Shown here in pieces: positions 13,911 through 29,099 of a stretch of 64,000 bases of DNA. The DNA lies in assembly GCF_009914755.1 (NCBI RefSeq), contig NC_060926.1, one strand, 5' to 3'. The translations under genes and the position numbers were made by a program. Under the pieces are notes generated by a model. It did not search any database and was not told the DNA's origin. It saw nothing but the letters and a program-made list of their open reading frames with translations. Numbering within the stretch: position 1 is the first letter of the stretch; every line of letters starts with the position of its first letter. This DNA is from the human T2T-CHM13v2.0 reference genome, Homo sapiens.

Positions 13911-16900
13911 CCAATTAATTGTATTAAATCCGCCATCCCTTTCTCTGTCCCTCTCTCTCCTTCTTTTTTTCCTTTTAAACAGTATGTTTTTTTTCCTATA
14001 GATGTATAAGAAATGACTACATCAGCCCAAAGCCTCATAAACTGACCGTTTGTCCTCTGGACACAATAGCGTGGCCAGCCCTCTGCTCCTCCTCCCCAAT
14101 TATGTGTGATTAGTCTCAGTGTGCTGTGTCAAGGAGGGGGAGTGTGCTGAGTGCTTATTATCTGTTTAGGTACAAGAAGAGCACATTTAGGCTCTGACTA
14201 TGAATGAAAAGTGAGCCTTTATCAGGGCTTAAATCTAACTGCTGCTGTTCTCCAGGCCTCTTTCAAAATAGGTCCTTCCCAGAGAAATTTTGAGTAAATG
14301 GTTGATAAACCAGATTGCAACCAGGGGGAGTTTTTTAAAAACTCAATCACACAATTATCTTATTTAAAATAAGTATATATTGTTATATGCTGTGATTCAA
14401 GTGTATGGTAAACATTTAATAGGTGCTACCTAGGATTAAGAGAGAATGACTTTTCTGCAGGGAACCCAAGCTTATCCTTGCCTAGTGCATCCATGAGATG
14501 CTCTAATGCCTTTTGTGGAAATTCAGATGTTTATCTGTAAGGAATCATCTGTGCCCACTTTAGCAGTAATGTCATTAGTAGGTTAGCTATATATCCTCAT
14601 GTCTTTAGTACAGGCAAAAACATGTATTCAGTGTGATACAATTAAAGTGATAGGTGAGAGACTGGGGGTGCATCCTTTTGCATGTTAAACAAACTTAGCT
14701 GTCATAAAAGCAGCGACTCTCAAATGTCTTCTCTGCTCACTTCTATCATCAAACAAATTTTTCACCATCAGTTTGCATGTCCTTGTATTCACCACTTTTT
14801 CTGCTCCATTAGAGCACCTAGATGGATCTCAGAAGGCATAGGTCAAGTCGCAGTTAGATCATACATTTCTTTCTCACAAAAACTTGAATTGCAATGCCAA
14901 GTGATGGGCTAACATCACAATAACAGCAATTTATTCCTCTTTGGATAAAACAGCAGTCTATTCTCAGTGCTAGATAAAGACCAGGGCAATGCAAACCAGC
15001 CATTTAGCTGAGTAGTTCAGCTAGTGGCAGCTCTCCTTTGGTGACTGTATAGGTTGCACACTGGCTTCATATTTTCTTGTTTAAAAATTAGAATTTGGCA
15101 TGTTTTAAAAGGCAACACAAGCCATTCCATTTATACTGGTGAAAATACAGCAAAATTATTTCCTGTGTAAAACCTGCAACTAACTCTGCCAGACAAAGAA
15201 AACGCATCCCTGTAGTAGCACCTAAGATGGTCTATTCTTTTTTCTTTTTAAATATGGAACAGCAGGACTATGAGAATATTTTCTTTTTTCTCTCAAGAAA
15301 ATACGTGAATTGGCAAGAATTCAATTTGTATTTGTGTGTTGTGGGTGGAGAAATCCAGTGTTTATGTCTCTGGGAGATACTATATTTTAAAAAGTAAACT
15401 AGGAATGTATTTTTTTAAATATCTGAGAACAGTGTTTCAGAATTGAACTGTTGCTACCAAGAGATACGTAGTAAGGAAATTCACTTATTATGTAATTAAA
15501 ACCTAGAGAATCTCCTATACAATGTTAAGGGTTTCCTAGATCTGCTCTTCATGGGATCCTCACCTGGAAATCTCTGTAGTCCAGGTTCTTTGAAAGTTTG
15601 TAAGAAATGTTCTATATTATTGAATAATTTTAGTTTTTATTTTCCCGAAGTTTAATGGAATGCCGATACTGAAAAGTGAAATAGAGCAGCTTTGAAAGTT
15701 TGTCCATTTACATTTCTTTTGAACTTTATGATTATTTCTATGAGTCAATTGCAATTGAAATGGCCCATTCCATAATTGCCTATGTAATTATGCATGTGTT
15801 TGTTTCAGAAAGGAAGCCTGTCTGCTTAGGAAATCCTAAGAATAATATTTCTTTTCTTTGTGTACCTTTATCTTCTGATAAAACTCATGATTTTCCTTTG
15901 TCATACTAAGTAGATTTGGTTGGATGAAAGAATGTTTCTAATATTGCCCGTGGTCAGTTCTAATGCTGTGAGATGAATAGCTACATACAAGTTGGTTATA
16001 AGAAATATATTTTACTTTATAGCAAGACATATGCCATGAATTGGGATAAAAGTGCTAGAAAAGACTACCTAAGAGGTTGATGCTATTTTGTATAAATTGT
16101 GTATTTTGTTGGCTTTTTGACTGAGCATGAAAATGTAACTTCCATTAGGGAAGGGTAATTTAGGTGCTCAGTATTCAGCAGAAAACTTGTCAGGGCCATA
16201 AAAGCTTTTCTGGCTAGTTCCTCGGGTGTTTTCAGAGAAGAGCTGCCCGCCCCTTGCTGATTTTCCCTTTGGCTTCAGTATGGGCTGAATTTACCACTGC
16301 ATACCTGTTGAATCAATTTGGGGGATCCAGCAGTTAACTGAGTGAATGGAAGGATTAGTTGCCCTCTGGAGCCCTATTTCAACAGCCAGGTGTCTGTCCT
16401 AAACTAGTTAACTGCTTTTGACAGCTGAAGAACCTGGTTTTAATACCAGAGGCAGGAGGTAGTGGTGTTTTTTTCCATCTCTCTGCTACCAAAGTGGGGC
16501 AACCTGCTCATGAGGGTTAGGTGGTTTTTGTTTTTTAATAGGAACCTAGCTTCCATGGATTTTCTTTGTGCTTAGTCAGCATTTGACTTGTTTCCAATCT
16601 ATGCCAGACAATTCATTAGCATTGTCTGGCAAGAACCTCTCACTGGACTCTGGGGGTGGGGCAGAATGCCCACATAGGGGAGAGAGTCAAAGTATATGTA
16701 CAAGCATATACACACACACACTCACAGGAAAGATTAAGCTATTTAGACCCGAGATCTGGGCTCCAGCCGCCAGATTCCAGGTACATCCCCACCCTAGATC
16801 AAAATCCCCTGAGTTCAGGCTGTATGAAACATCATAATTATGTTGATTGTATACCATAAAGAAAAAATGGATTTGAAAGTCAGGCTGATTTTAGGCAGGG

Positions 16901-17099
16901 TAAATATGTTTTCCTGAGTGGACTACTTCCAAATTAGGAAGGATCCTGTTAGTGTTTATCAAACCATTAAGCCTGAAATGCCACTTTTAATTCTCACATT
17001 TCATTTTACCCAGAGAGCTTACCTTCCAGGCTGTGGCTAAATGCTCACAGTGTTCTCTGCCCTGGAAGTCTGTGCATTTGGAGTCTGTATTTTGCTTTT

Positions 17100-18061
17100 T
17101 TTGTCCCCCTGACTTTTCAATTAATACATTTTTTAACAGATAAAACAGATCATACCGTGACTTTTAAAATGTCAACAAGCTTGTAAACAGAAATGTAATA
17201 AAATGGCTAATAGGAGATTCAATAGTTAATAGAGGGCCTGAAGTGTGAGCAAATACAGTAGCTGTATATTGGAAACTGTGCAAGTGAAGATGGCTTTAGT
17301 ATTGCAAACTGAGGAAGAAAATTGTTTTTAATTAGCACCTTCATAAGAACTGCTGATTAATACTGTTTTGTTTGGTGAAAAGCTTTCAGCTGAGTAATTT
17401 GTACAGCCATTACAACAGTTTTGTTAGAGCGGGACTCCTGTTGTTAAACACAAACAGCAGATGATAATGGTGGAAGATGAGTTTGTCATGTAACAATTTA
17501 CCTTATTGAAAAAAGCTTTATATAAAACCCAATACAGTAGGTACCAGCAGAAATCACATATTTTAAATCCTTCCAAAATTGCAGTGTGCCATGCTTATGG
17601 TTTGTTTTTTCCTCAGGGCTAGAAGCAGATTTTATATCATTTATAAAATTATATACACAATTTAAAGGTGGTGTAGCGTGGACAGACCACTTTCTTAGCA
17701 GCAGTTTACATTGGAGCAGTAAACTGGCATGTATTCAAACATTTCCTAACTACACAAAGAAGGTGGAAAAATGGAAGCCTAATTAAATAATGTTACTCAA
17801 ATGTCAATTTGCATTGCGACTGGATGCAGGGAAATAAGAATTGGTGTTTCTGCCTTAAGTGGGTTTATCATGTATAGGATCTTAAAAAAAAAAATCTCAA
17901 CAGAAGTTTAAGTAACCCTTTTTTTTTTTTTTTTTTTCTGGTGATGTTTTAACTGACCCAGAGGAAACAGTGCTCAATCAGTGAGACCTGACCAGAGAAT
18001 AAGAGGCCGATTTCAGTGAACTCCCATAAAATGGATATTTTGCTAGCCAGAAGCATGGGAA

Positions 18062-18095
<34 letters not shown>

Positions 18096-19260
18096 TAAAA
18101 TAAAATCCAATGGTAAAGCATATTTGCATTAAAATATTACGCTAACCAAGGCTGGTAAGAACTGTAAATTATTGGAGTGGCGTAATAGAGCATGAGATTT
18201 TTTTTTTTAAGACAGGCCTTCGGGGTAATAGCAAGGGTTGAGGCTCACGACAGTGCCAAATAAGCTTTAGACAGCATAATAGTCTGCAAAGAAAGCCACA
18301 GAGCACTAATGTGAAGGAAGAGCTGTCCACCACATGCAGCAAAAATCACCAAAGGTCATTTTATGGTAGCAATTGTGACATAAAATTGGTGGTCATGCTA
18401 CATGTCTAATACTCAGCACAGCTTTATAAATGATGGGCCCCTAGCGATGGCTGTCATTAAGTGCTTTCATCATAATAAACTTTAAACTGTTGGCTTTATG
18501 AATCGCCAGCTAGCTTCAGCTGTTCGTTGGATGGAGCTTGCAGTGCCTTAAGTGTGACAAGACCTATTAGGAATTGCAACCATGTTTCAAGCGTACTTGG
18601 CTTCCCCACTCCTGGGGTGATTGCTGCCTATTAAACGGCGTCTGGGAAGATTTTCCTCCAGCAATCTCTGATCAAGAGCTTTTTTGGGCTTTGACCTGCA
18701 TTTCCTTCAAGACTTTCTCTGAGGAGTTTTATAAGAGCAAAACTCCAGAGCATTTATAGCCACTTCTGATTAATACCTTTCCAGTTTTTCTAGCAACTCT
18801 CCCACTGCTGCATAGAGAAAAGCTTTCATTGTTCCTGAGGTGCTTATTTGTGACCTTTTTTCTGCTTCCTGATTCCCTCTAACGTGTTCTCTCAGTGAAA
18901 TCCTCGGGGTGGAACCCAGACAGTTGGTGAAGTTGTTACAGCTGGAGAGACAGAGAAGGAAAGAGAGAGGCTGTTATATTTTTAAAGGATTACATGCAGA
19001 GCAGCCTGGCCCCGCCCATTTAAATACTAATGTGACGTCACCTGCCGCCCGCTGTACCAAACGCATCCTTAATGAGCCCTCGGTGTAAATTGAGCCGACA
19101 CATAAAGATTTCATGATTCAAATTACACTTTCATTAACCTTTAGCATGGGAAGTCTTTTAGTTTCTATAAATCTTACAGTGGCTTACCGTCTGTCCTACT
19201 GATGTGAATAATAGATGTTCGGAGAATCACTCTTTAAAAACCAGTGTTATTTAATTTACA
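17100..19260. promoter_or_regulatory. Candidate enhancer cluster
   Basis: Repeat-free and TAAT-rich; octamers ATTTGCAT at 17807 and 18122; GGATTA 18987; GC box 19008; CRE TGACGTCA 19033-19040. Confidence 0.5.
18064..18093. repeat. (TG)15 microsatellite
   Basis: Read directly. Confidence 0.95.
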
Positions 19261-19586
19261 AGGGCTAAATACATATTTCAGACTCACTTAGCAAGAACTT
19301 TATTTACTTCTTGTTGCTTGTTCTGACTTTGAGGCCACCCCTCATCCTCCCACCCCGTTTTCTTCTGCTTGACTCAGATGTTTTGGAGATGGTAAAAGCT
19401 TTCAATGTCTAAGTCCCTGTCTTAATACTCTTATTTGTCTTTCTTTTAGGCTAAGTAGTGTCCTAAAGATAGTTCAGGGAATGTCTCAGGTGTGGACCAT
19501 TACACAATTAAATTAGCAAACCTCAGAGGGCTTGGATTAGAACCCGGCAGGGAACACTTGGGGATTCGAGGGCAGAGCCAAGCTTT

Positions 19587-19710
19587 CTGAATGGCAGTGG
19601 CTCTCCCAGGAACAGCAAGGGTTGGCCCGCTTGGTAGTCTCAGTCACAGACTTGTCTTACCAGATAAAGTATTGCAGGCACTCTTTTTTTCTCCTGGGAG
19701 TGAACAGGAA
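19587..19710 (+). repeat. Copy 1 of a ~124-bp local duplication
   Basis: Near-identical to 21721-21844. Confidence 0.95.
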
Positions 19711-21432
19711 ATACATTAGTGAATGTGTCAAGCCGAAGGGAAAACAGGAGTTGGAGGGCTCGTGGCTTTTCACATACAAAGGCATCCGCCATCCCACCAC
19801 GGGAGCCGGCCAAGGGTGGACAAGTGCATTTTGAGGCTGCTGCCCAGGTGCAAGGGGAGGGGGCGGGGCGGGCCGCAGAATGCCCCCGAACAAAGGCGCC
19901 TCCAGGGGCCTGTGCAGAGGTCACCTGCTGCCTCCAGGGCAGATTAAGGAGGACTGCAGAGGGCATTTGGAGGAAATGGTGCTGTGCTTCTTTGGGAAAT
20001 CAATTCGTCCCACCCTTAATAGGGCATTTTGCCCTCCCTCTTTGGGAGTCCCAGGCGAACATGCTTCCAGGTCTCTCAAAATCAGTTATAACAGACCCAC
20101 GTTTGAAGAGGCGGCACCTTTCCCTGCCTGCGTTCCTTCAATAGCCTGTGCCCCCTGAGAATCTCTTTCTGCTCTCTGCAACATCTCACTTCCCTTTTCT
20201 CTCTTCTTTGGGCTCCCCCGCCCCTCTCTACCGAGGCCTCTTTCATAATTAGGCTGAAAGTGGAACTTTCCCCCACTCCCTTACTTTGAGATTTCTTTTT
20301 TCCCAGTGACCTGGGCTGCACTTTGCCCCCACTCCCTGCCTGCCAATCTCTTCAGGGTTAGGGCCTCTCTCTTTCCATTCTTGCCGCTCCCCCTCCTTGA
20401 GAGCTCCGGGAGGCCCAGCCTCCCTGAATCCGATCGGCTTCCAACACAGCAGCCCCCCTGTGGAGGAAGGAAGAGGCCTCCTCAGAATGAATGGCTGGTA
20501 AGGAGGTTTTTAATTTGTCTGGAGCTACAAGAAAAAGGCCTCAGAGCAGCGTTCCCTCCCTCACCTCTGCCGCCCACGCTGGGCCACTCTGCCTTCCCGG
20601 TGGGCACCGAGGCCGCACCATCCCAGGCCAGGTCCATGGTGAAAGCTGGGCGGTGGGATCTGAAAATGTTGGCTTGTTGTCTGGGCATCACCTGTGCAAT
20701 CTAGAATAAGGACTCGGCTTTGTATATGAAATTCTACTTTTTGATGGTTTGCAGCCTACCAATGTGAGAAAGGTAGAAGCTGAACACGATGTGACTGTCA
20801 GACTAGGTCGGAAAGTGAGCTCAGGCCATCACTGTCTTGATCTGCAGTCTGCCTTCTGATGGCCGAGCTCTCCTTGAGCTTCAGGGAATGTCACCATGCT
20901 GTTCCCAACCCAGAAGGCAGTACATTTAAAAGCTTTGCCCACCTGACCTATGGTTCCACCTCCAGGTACATTAGCCTTCATTTTCCTCCACAGGCTTTAT
21001 TTTTAGGAGCAGAGGCCACATCCCTGATCCAGCCTACATTTTGAGTGGATCTCTCACTGTCCCTCTGTCTCTCTCTCAAGCAGCATCTCATGATGCCAAG
21101 CGAGAGCAAGTATGAAGCAGCTTGGAGGAGAATGAAGCCGCTCACAGCTTCTGAGTGTCCAGAGATCTTTCCTCTCTCCAGGGATACTCCTGGTTGGCCC
21201 ACCTTCTGCCCCATAAGATGAGAACCTCGGCTCTGGGCTGGGTGACAGAGGTTTTGAGTCTCCAGCTTGCATTTCTGCCAGCTGTTAGTGGTTTTCCCTC
21301 ACCTCACAGCCAGGTGCTGCTTCTGGGTCCTCTCACACACACCCTCACCCCCAAGAGACTAGATAAACCATCAGTGGTTACAATAATCTCAATATGAATA
21401 TGATACTGTAGGTATTTATCCAGCTCTACCCT

Positions 21433-22047
21433 TGTGGTAGATTGGTGGGGTTGGGGAATAGCAACAGTACTTTCCAGCTCCTTCCATCAAGAAATGGACT
21501 CTTTCTTCACTCCTTGATTCTGAACTTGGCTTGGCTTGCTTTGGCCAAGGAGACATTAGTAAACATGAGTACAAGCGGAGGTTTGAAAATCACTTGTGCA
21601 TTGAGGTTTGTCCTATCTTGATGTTTTTGGAACCCAGCTACCATGTGAAAAAACCCAGGCTGTGCTGCTAGACAGTGGAGACATGTGGCCTAGTCACCCC
21701 CATTATTCAGCCATGAGCCACTGAACGGCAGTGGCTCTCCCAGGAACAGCGAGGGTTGGCCTGCTTGGTTGTCTCAGTCGCAGACTTGTCTTACCAGATA
21801 AAGTATTGCAGGCTCAACTCTTTTTTCCTGGGAGTGAACAGAAAACGAGGACCAAACAGCCCCTGGGAGATGCAGCTCTGGCTGCAGCTGTGTGAGTGGG
21901 CCAGGTGAGCCAGCAGAAGAACTGCCCAGCTGAGCTCAACCCAAATTGCCTGCTCACAGAACATGAGCTAAAAATGGTGGTGTTTTAAAGCAACTACATT
22001 TGGGGCAGTCTGTTAACTAAGTGATGAGCAACCGATAACTCATGCAG
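21433..22047 (+). mobile_element. MLT1-family MaLR solo LTR (interrupted)
   Basis: tgtggtagattg start; cttgctttggccaa; MLT1-type 3' end aaatggtggtgttttaaagcaactacatttggggcagtctgtta...gataactcatgca. Confidence 0.7.
21721..21844 (+). repeat. Copy 2 of the ~124-bp local duplication (inside MLT1 LTR)
   Basis: 5 substitutions in the first 93 bp relative to 19587-19679. Confidence 0.95.
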
Positions 22048-22737
22048 TTCTAGATCTATTCTCTGGGGGTACTTTTCTGCGTCCTTACGTTTAACTTTTG
22101 ATACAGTGTTTTGCCTAAAATGTGGTGAGTTACATAGTGACTAACATTTCAAAAACACAAAAATAGGATGCAAGTACCACAGGCCTCATTTACCCTTCAG
22201 AAATTGAACCTATTACAGAGGCACATCACTCTCAGGCTACTGAGAGAGGACACCAGAGAAAGTGGGCTACAGGAGAAAGAACAATGAACCTTGAATCAGA
22301 ATACCTAGTCCAGCCTGGACTCTACCAGTACCAAGCTGGTGATTGTAGGCAAGCTGCTTAATCTCTGTGGACATCAGTTTCCTCTTCTGTAACATAGGAG
22401 AGCTGAACGACATAATTTGAATTCCCAGTTCATGCTAACTTCTGAAGTATTTGAGATAAAAAACATTCTATTATGAGGACCAGAGATATTGGCCACCTCA
22501 GGGAGTTAGAATTCTCTGGTACTGTCAGAGAGTTGTCAGACATTTAGCTTGGCCCTAGAGAATATGTAATACATTGCAGGGGACTTTCTCCCATGAGGTT
22601 CTGGGGTGGATCCCAATGTTTCACCTTCCTCTGCCCCAGGCTGAACATTGCAGGGCTACCTCAGGTACCACTGCGGGGGAAGGGAGGAGTGGTGGGGGCC
22701 CAAACTCCTCCATTTTTATTCACTGATCTAATCAATA

Positions 22738-25371
<2,634 letters not shown>

Positions 25372-25525
25372 TACCTGTTGTGTGCTAGGCACCCTGGGGA
25401 ATCTAATACTGAACACGAAAAACCCTATTACATGTTGGAGCCAAGTGAGAAAGACAAAATGACCGCCCACACATAGCTTGCATTTGAAATGTGCCAGTGC
25501 ATTTATAAAATAATTATAAATTACC

Positions 25526-25813
25526 AGCCAGGTGTGGTGGCTCACGCGTATAATCCCAGCACTTTAGGAGGCCAAGACAGGTGGATCACTTGAGCCCAGG
25601 TATTTGAGACCAGCCTGCGCAACATGGCAAGACCCTGTATTTATGAAAAGTAAAAAAATTTTCTGGTTGTGCTGGCGTGCGCCTGTAGTCCTAGCTACTC
25701 CAGAGACTGAACTGGGAGAATCGCTTGAACCCAGGAGGCAGAGATTGCAGTGAGCCGAGATTGAGCCACTGTACTCCAGCCTGAGTGGCAGAGTGAGACT
25801 CTATCTCAAAAAA
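25526..25813 (+). mobile_element. Alu (older, J/S)
   Basis: Full dimer with A tail. Confidence 0.9.
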
Positions 25814-27238
25814 TAATAATTATTAGTAAATTATATGATAAATTCTATGAAAAACAGATAAGGTCCTATTGGTAGAGAATAATAGTGGGGCCCTACTTCA
25901 GACAGGATGGTCAGAGAAAGCCTCCCTGAGGAGGGTCTCAACTGGTGAGAAGGAGCCAGTCCCGTGAAGAGATGGTGGTGGGGCGAGGAGCCCAGACAGA
26001 GGGAGTGGGTGGTGGAGGCCCTGGGGGAGCTGAGTCTACTGCCTCTGAGGCATGGGAAGCTGGCCAGGGTGGTGGGGGCCCCATGCAGAGGGACTTGAGC
26101 TGGGCAAGGGCCAGAATGTGCAGGATTTAGTGAGTTTGGATTTTATTTGGAGGCCGAGCAGCCATTGAAGGGTTCATAGTCATGAGAATGACATAACGAG
26201 GTGCACATTTTTTAGAGGTCACTCTGAATGCTGGATGGAAAGTGGGCTAGAAGTGGAGAGTCCAGTTAGGAGACTCCTATAACGTAGGCTTGGTGAGAGA
26301 AAATAGCAGCTTGGACTGGCGACGTGAGTGACAATGGGGAAAGGGGAGCAAACCACTTCTAAGTGTGTTTGACCCCAAAGAAAGAGGAGTTGCTGGCGGT
26401 TCCTCAAAGTTTCAGGTGAAGATAAGGTTGGTCAGCCTTATCTGCACCTAATGCTGTAGGAATTCAAGTCCCTTTGCCTGTGATCTGCCTCAGCCGACCC
26501 CACCCCACCTTAAGGCCTGGGATAGGCAGAGACGTGAGAGGACGGGCCCTGGAGAGGGGATGGACCCTCCACATGCTTCCACTTTCTGCTGCACAGGCTG
26601 CAAGTTCATAGCACTTGGGAACATGGAGGGTGGGGGGTCTTTGTATCCCATTGCCTTCTTGGCCCCCGAGATGGGCCCTGTCTAACATCCTCTTATACTC
26701 TCGGAGAGGGAGGTGGCAGTGGCTAAATAGGTTGGGGCCACAGGATAAGAAGTCCATTTCTGCTCTTTCCATAGATAGAAACCCTAGGCTTTGATTCACA
26801 TTGTTTTTCTGGGCATCCAGCACTGCAGTGGAAATGTCTGCTCTTGGGGTTTCTCAAGGAAAGACCCATGGAGGCCAGAGCTGGCCTCTGTCCAGGTCGT
26901 GGCACCCCACATTGCTGGAGAGATGCAAAGCAAGTACTTGCTGATGTGGCAAGATTTCAGGAGCACAGGAAAGCTCTTGGGTGGGAAAAATGTGTCACTG
27001 ATGTGAAAATTCCACCAAGAGAACATCTGCCCCTTAGCTCTAGTGAGGGGTTGCTGTGAGCTAGGCTGTCCTCAAGAGAGGTAATACTCTCATGGTCCTT
27101 TGTGTACACGAGCTGAGAATAGGCCTCACTGTGGGGGAGGGGAGCAGAGGACACTGGGAACCCAGATGAAGTAAAGGGACCCCAAGAACTGGCAAAGGAA
27201 CAGAAATGGGAGAATTTTAGTGTGAAGAAACCACTCCT

Positions 27239-27545
27239 GGCCGAGCTTGTGACTCATACCTGTAATCCCAGCACTTTGGGAGGCTGAGGCAGGTGGATCA
27301 CCTAAGGTTGGGAGTTCAAGACCAGCCTGACCAACATGGAGAAACCCTGTCTCTACTAAAAATACATAATTAGCCGGGCATGGCGGTGCATGCCTGTAAT
27401 CTCAGCTACTCGGGAGGGCTGAGGCAGGAGAAGTGCTTGAACCCAGAAGGCTGAGGTTGCGGTGACCCGAGATTGTGCCACTGCACTCCAGCCTGGGCAA
27501 CAAAAGTGAAACTCTATCTCAAAAACAAAACAAAACAAAACAAAC
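27239..27545 (+). mobile_element. AluSp-like
   Basis: cctgaccaacatggagaaaccc diagnostic; (CAAAA)n tail. Confidence 0.9.
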
Positions 27546-28492
27546 ATTCATCAGCTTCACAGAGTGATCTGGGGCCAGGAGGGCTGTCCTCATTCAACCT
27601 GGCACACACCTTCTGCAAGTCCTTCCTGCACACAGGAATGTGAGAACAAAGCAGGTGGAAGGCCCTGCCCATGTGGTGCTTATAATCTAGTAGGGGAGAC
27701 AGAGCATGTCCTCAAATAGGCCAGATCAATGGAAGAGGAGGGGACTGGCTGAGGGTTGTTAGAGATCAGAAGAAGGAGCAACTACCTTATGGGAGAGGAG
27801 GCAGAATTGGTATTAGCCTTTGAAAGTTGTGGAAGTGGAAAGAAAGGGCATACCAGGGGCTTGAAGCTCATGAGCTGAGGCCCACAGGAAGATTTCAGGA
27901 AATGTTTGACTTGGCAGGAATGTGGAGTTCAATGGGGTAAAGATTATCCATTCACTCATCTCATAGATACTCCCTGAATGCCTAAGAGGTTTCAGACAGT
28001 CCGGGGAGAGCAGCGAACAAGATGGACAAAGTCCCTGATCTCAAGGAGCCAACACTTCAGTAGGAGGAGAAAGGCAACAGAAATGTAGACAAATAAGACT
28101 GGTTCAAATTGGGATAGAGGCAGTGAGGACAATAAAACGAGGTGATGTTTTAGAAAGTGACTGGGCTTCCTTTGGATCCGAGGTCAAGGAAGCTGTCTCT
28201 AAGGCAGCAGCATTTTAGTTGAAACCTAAATGACAATGAAGTCAACCTTTCAAGATTGAGGGGAAGGCCATTCCAGGCAGAGGCAGTGGCAAGTGCAAAG
28301 GCCCTGAGGCAGGAGCAAACCTGCAGACGCGCAGGGAGCAGAGCAAGGCATCTGCCAGGGAGTGGCATCCGCCAGGGAGTGTGCAGGCCCAGTTGTGCAG
28401 TGCAGGACCTTGTAGGCCATGGAGGGGAAGCTGGACTTCATTTCAATGGGAAGCCACTGGAGGATCCTAAGAAGGGGAGTGGCATGGTCTGA

Positions 28493-29099
<607 letters not shown>

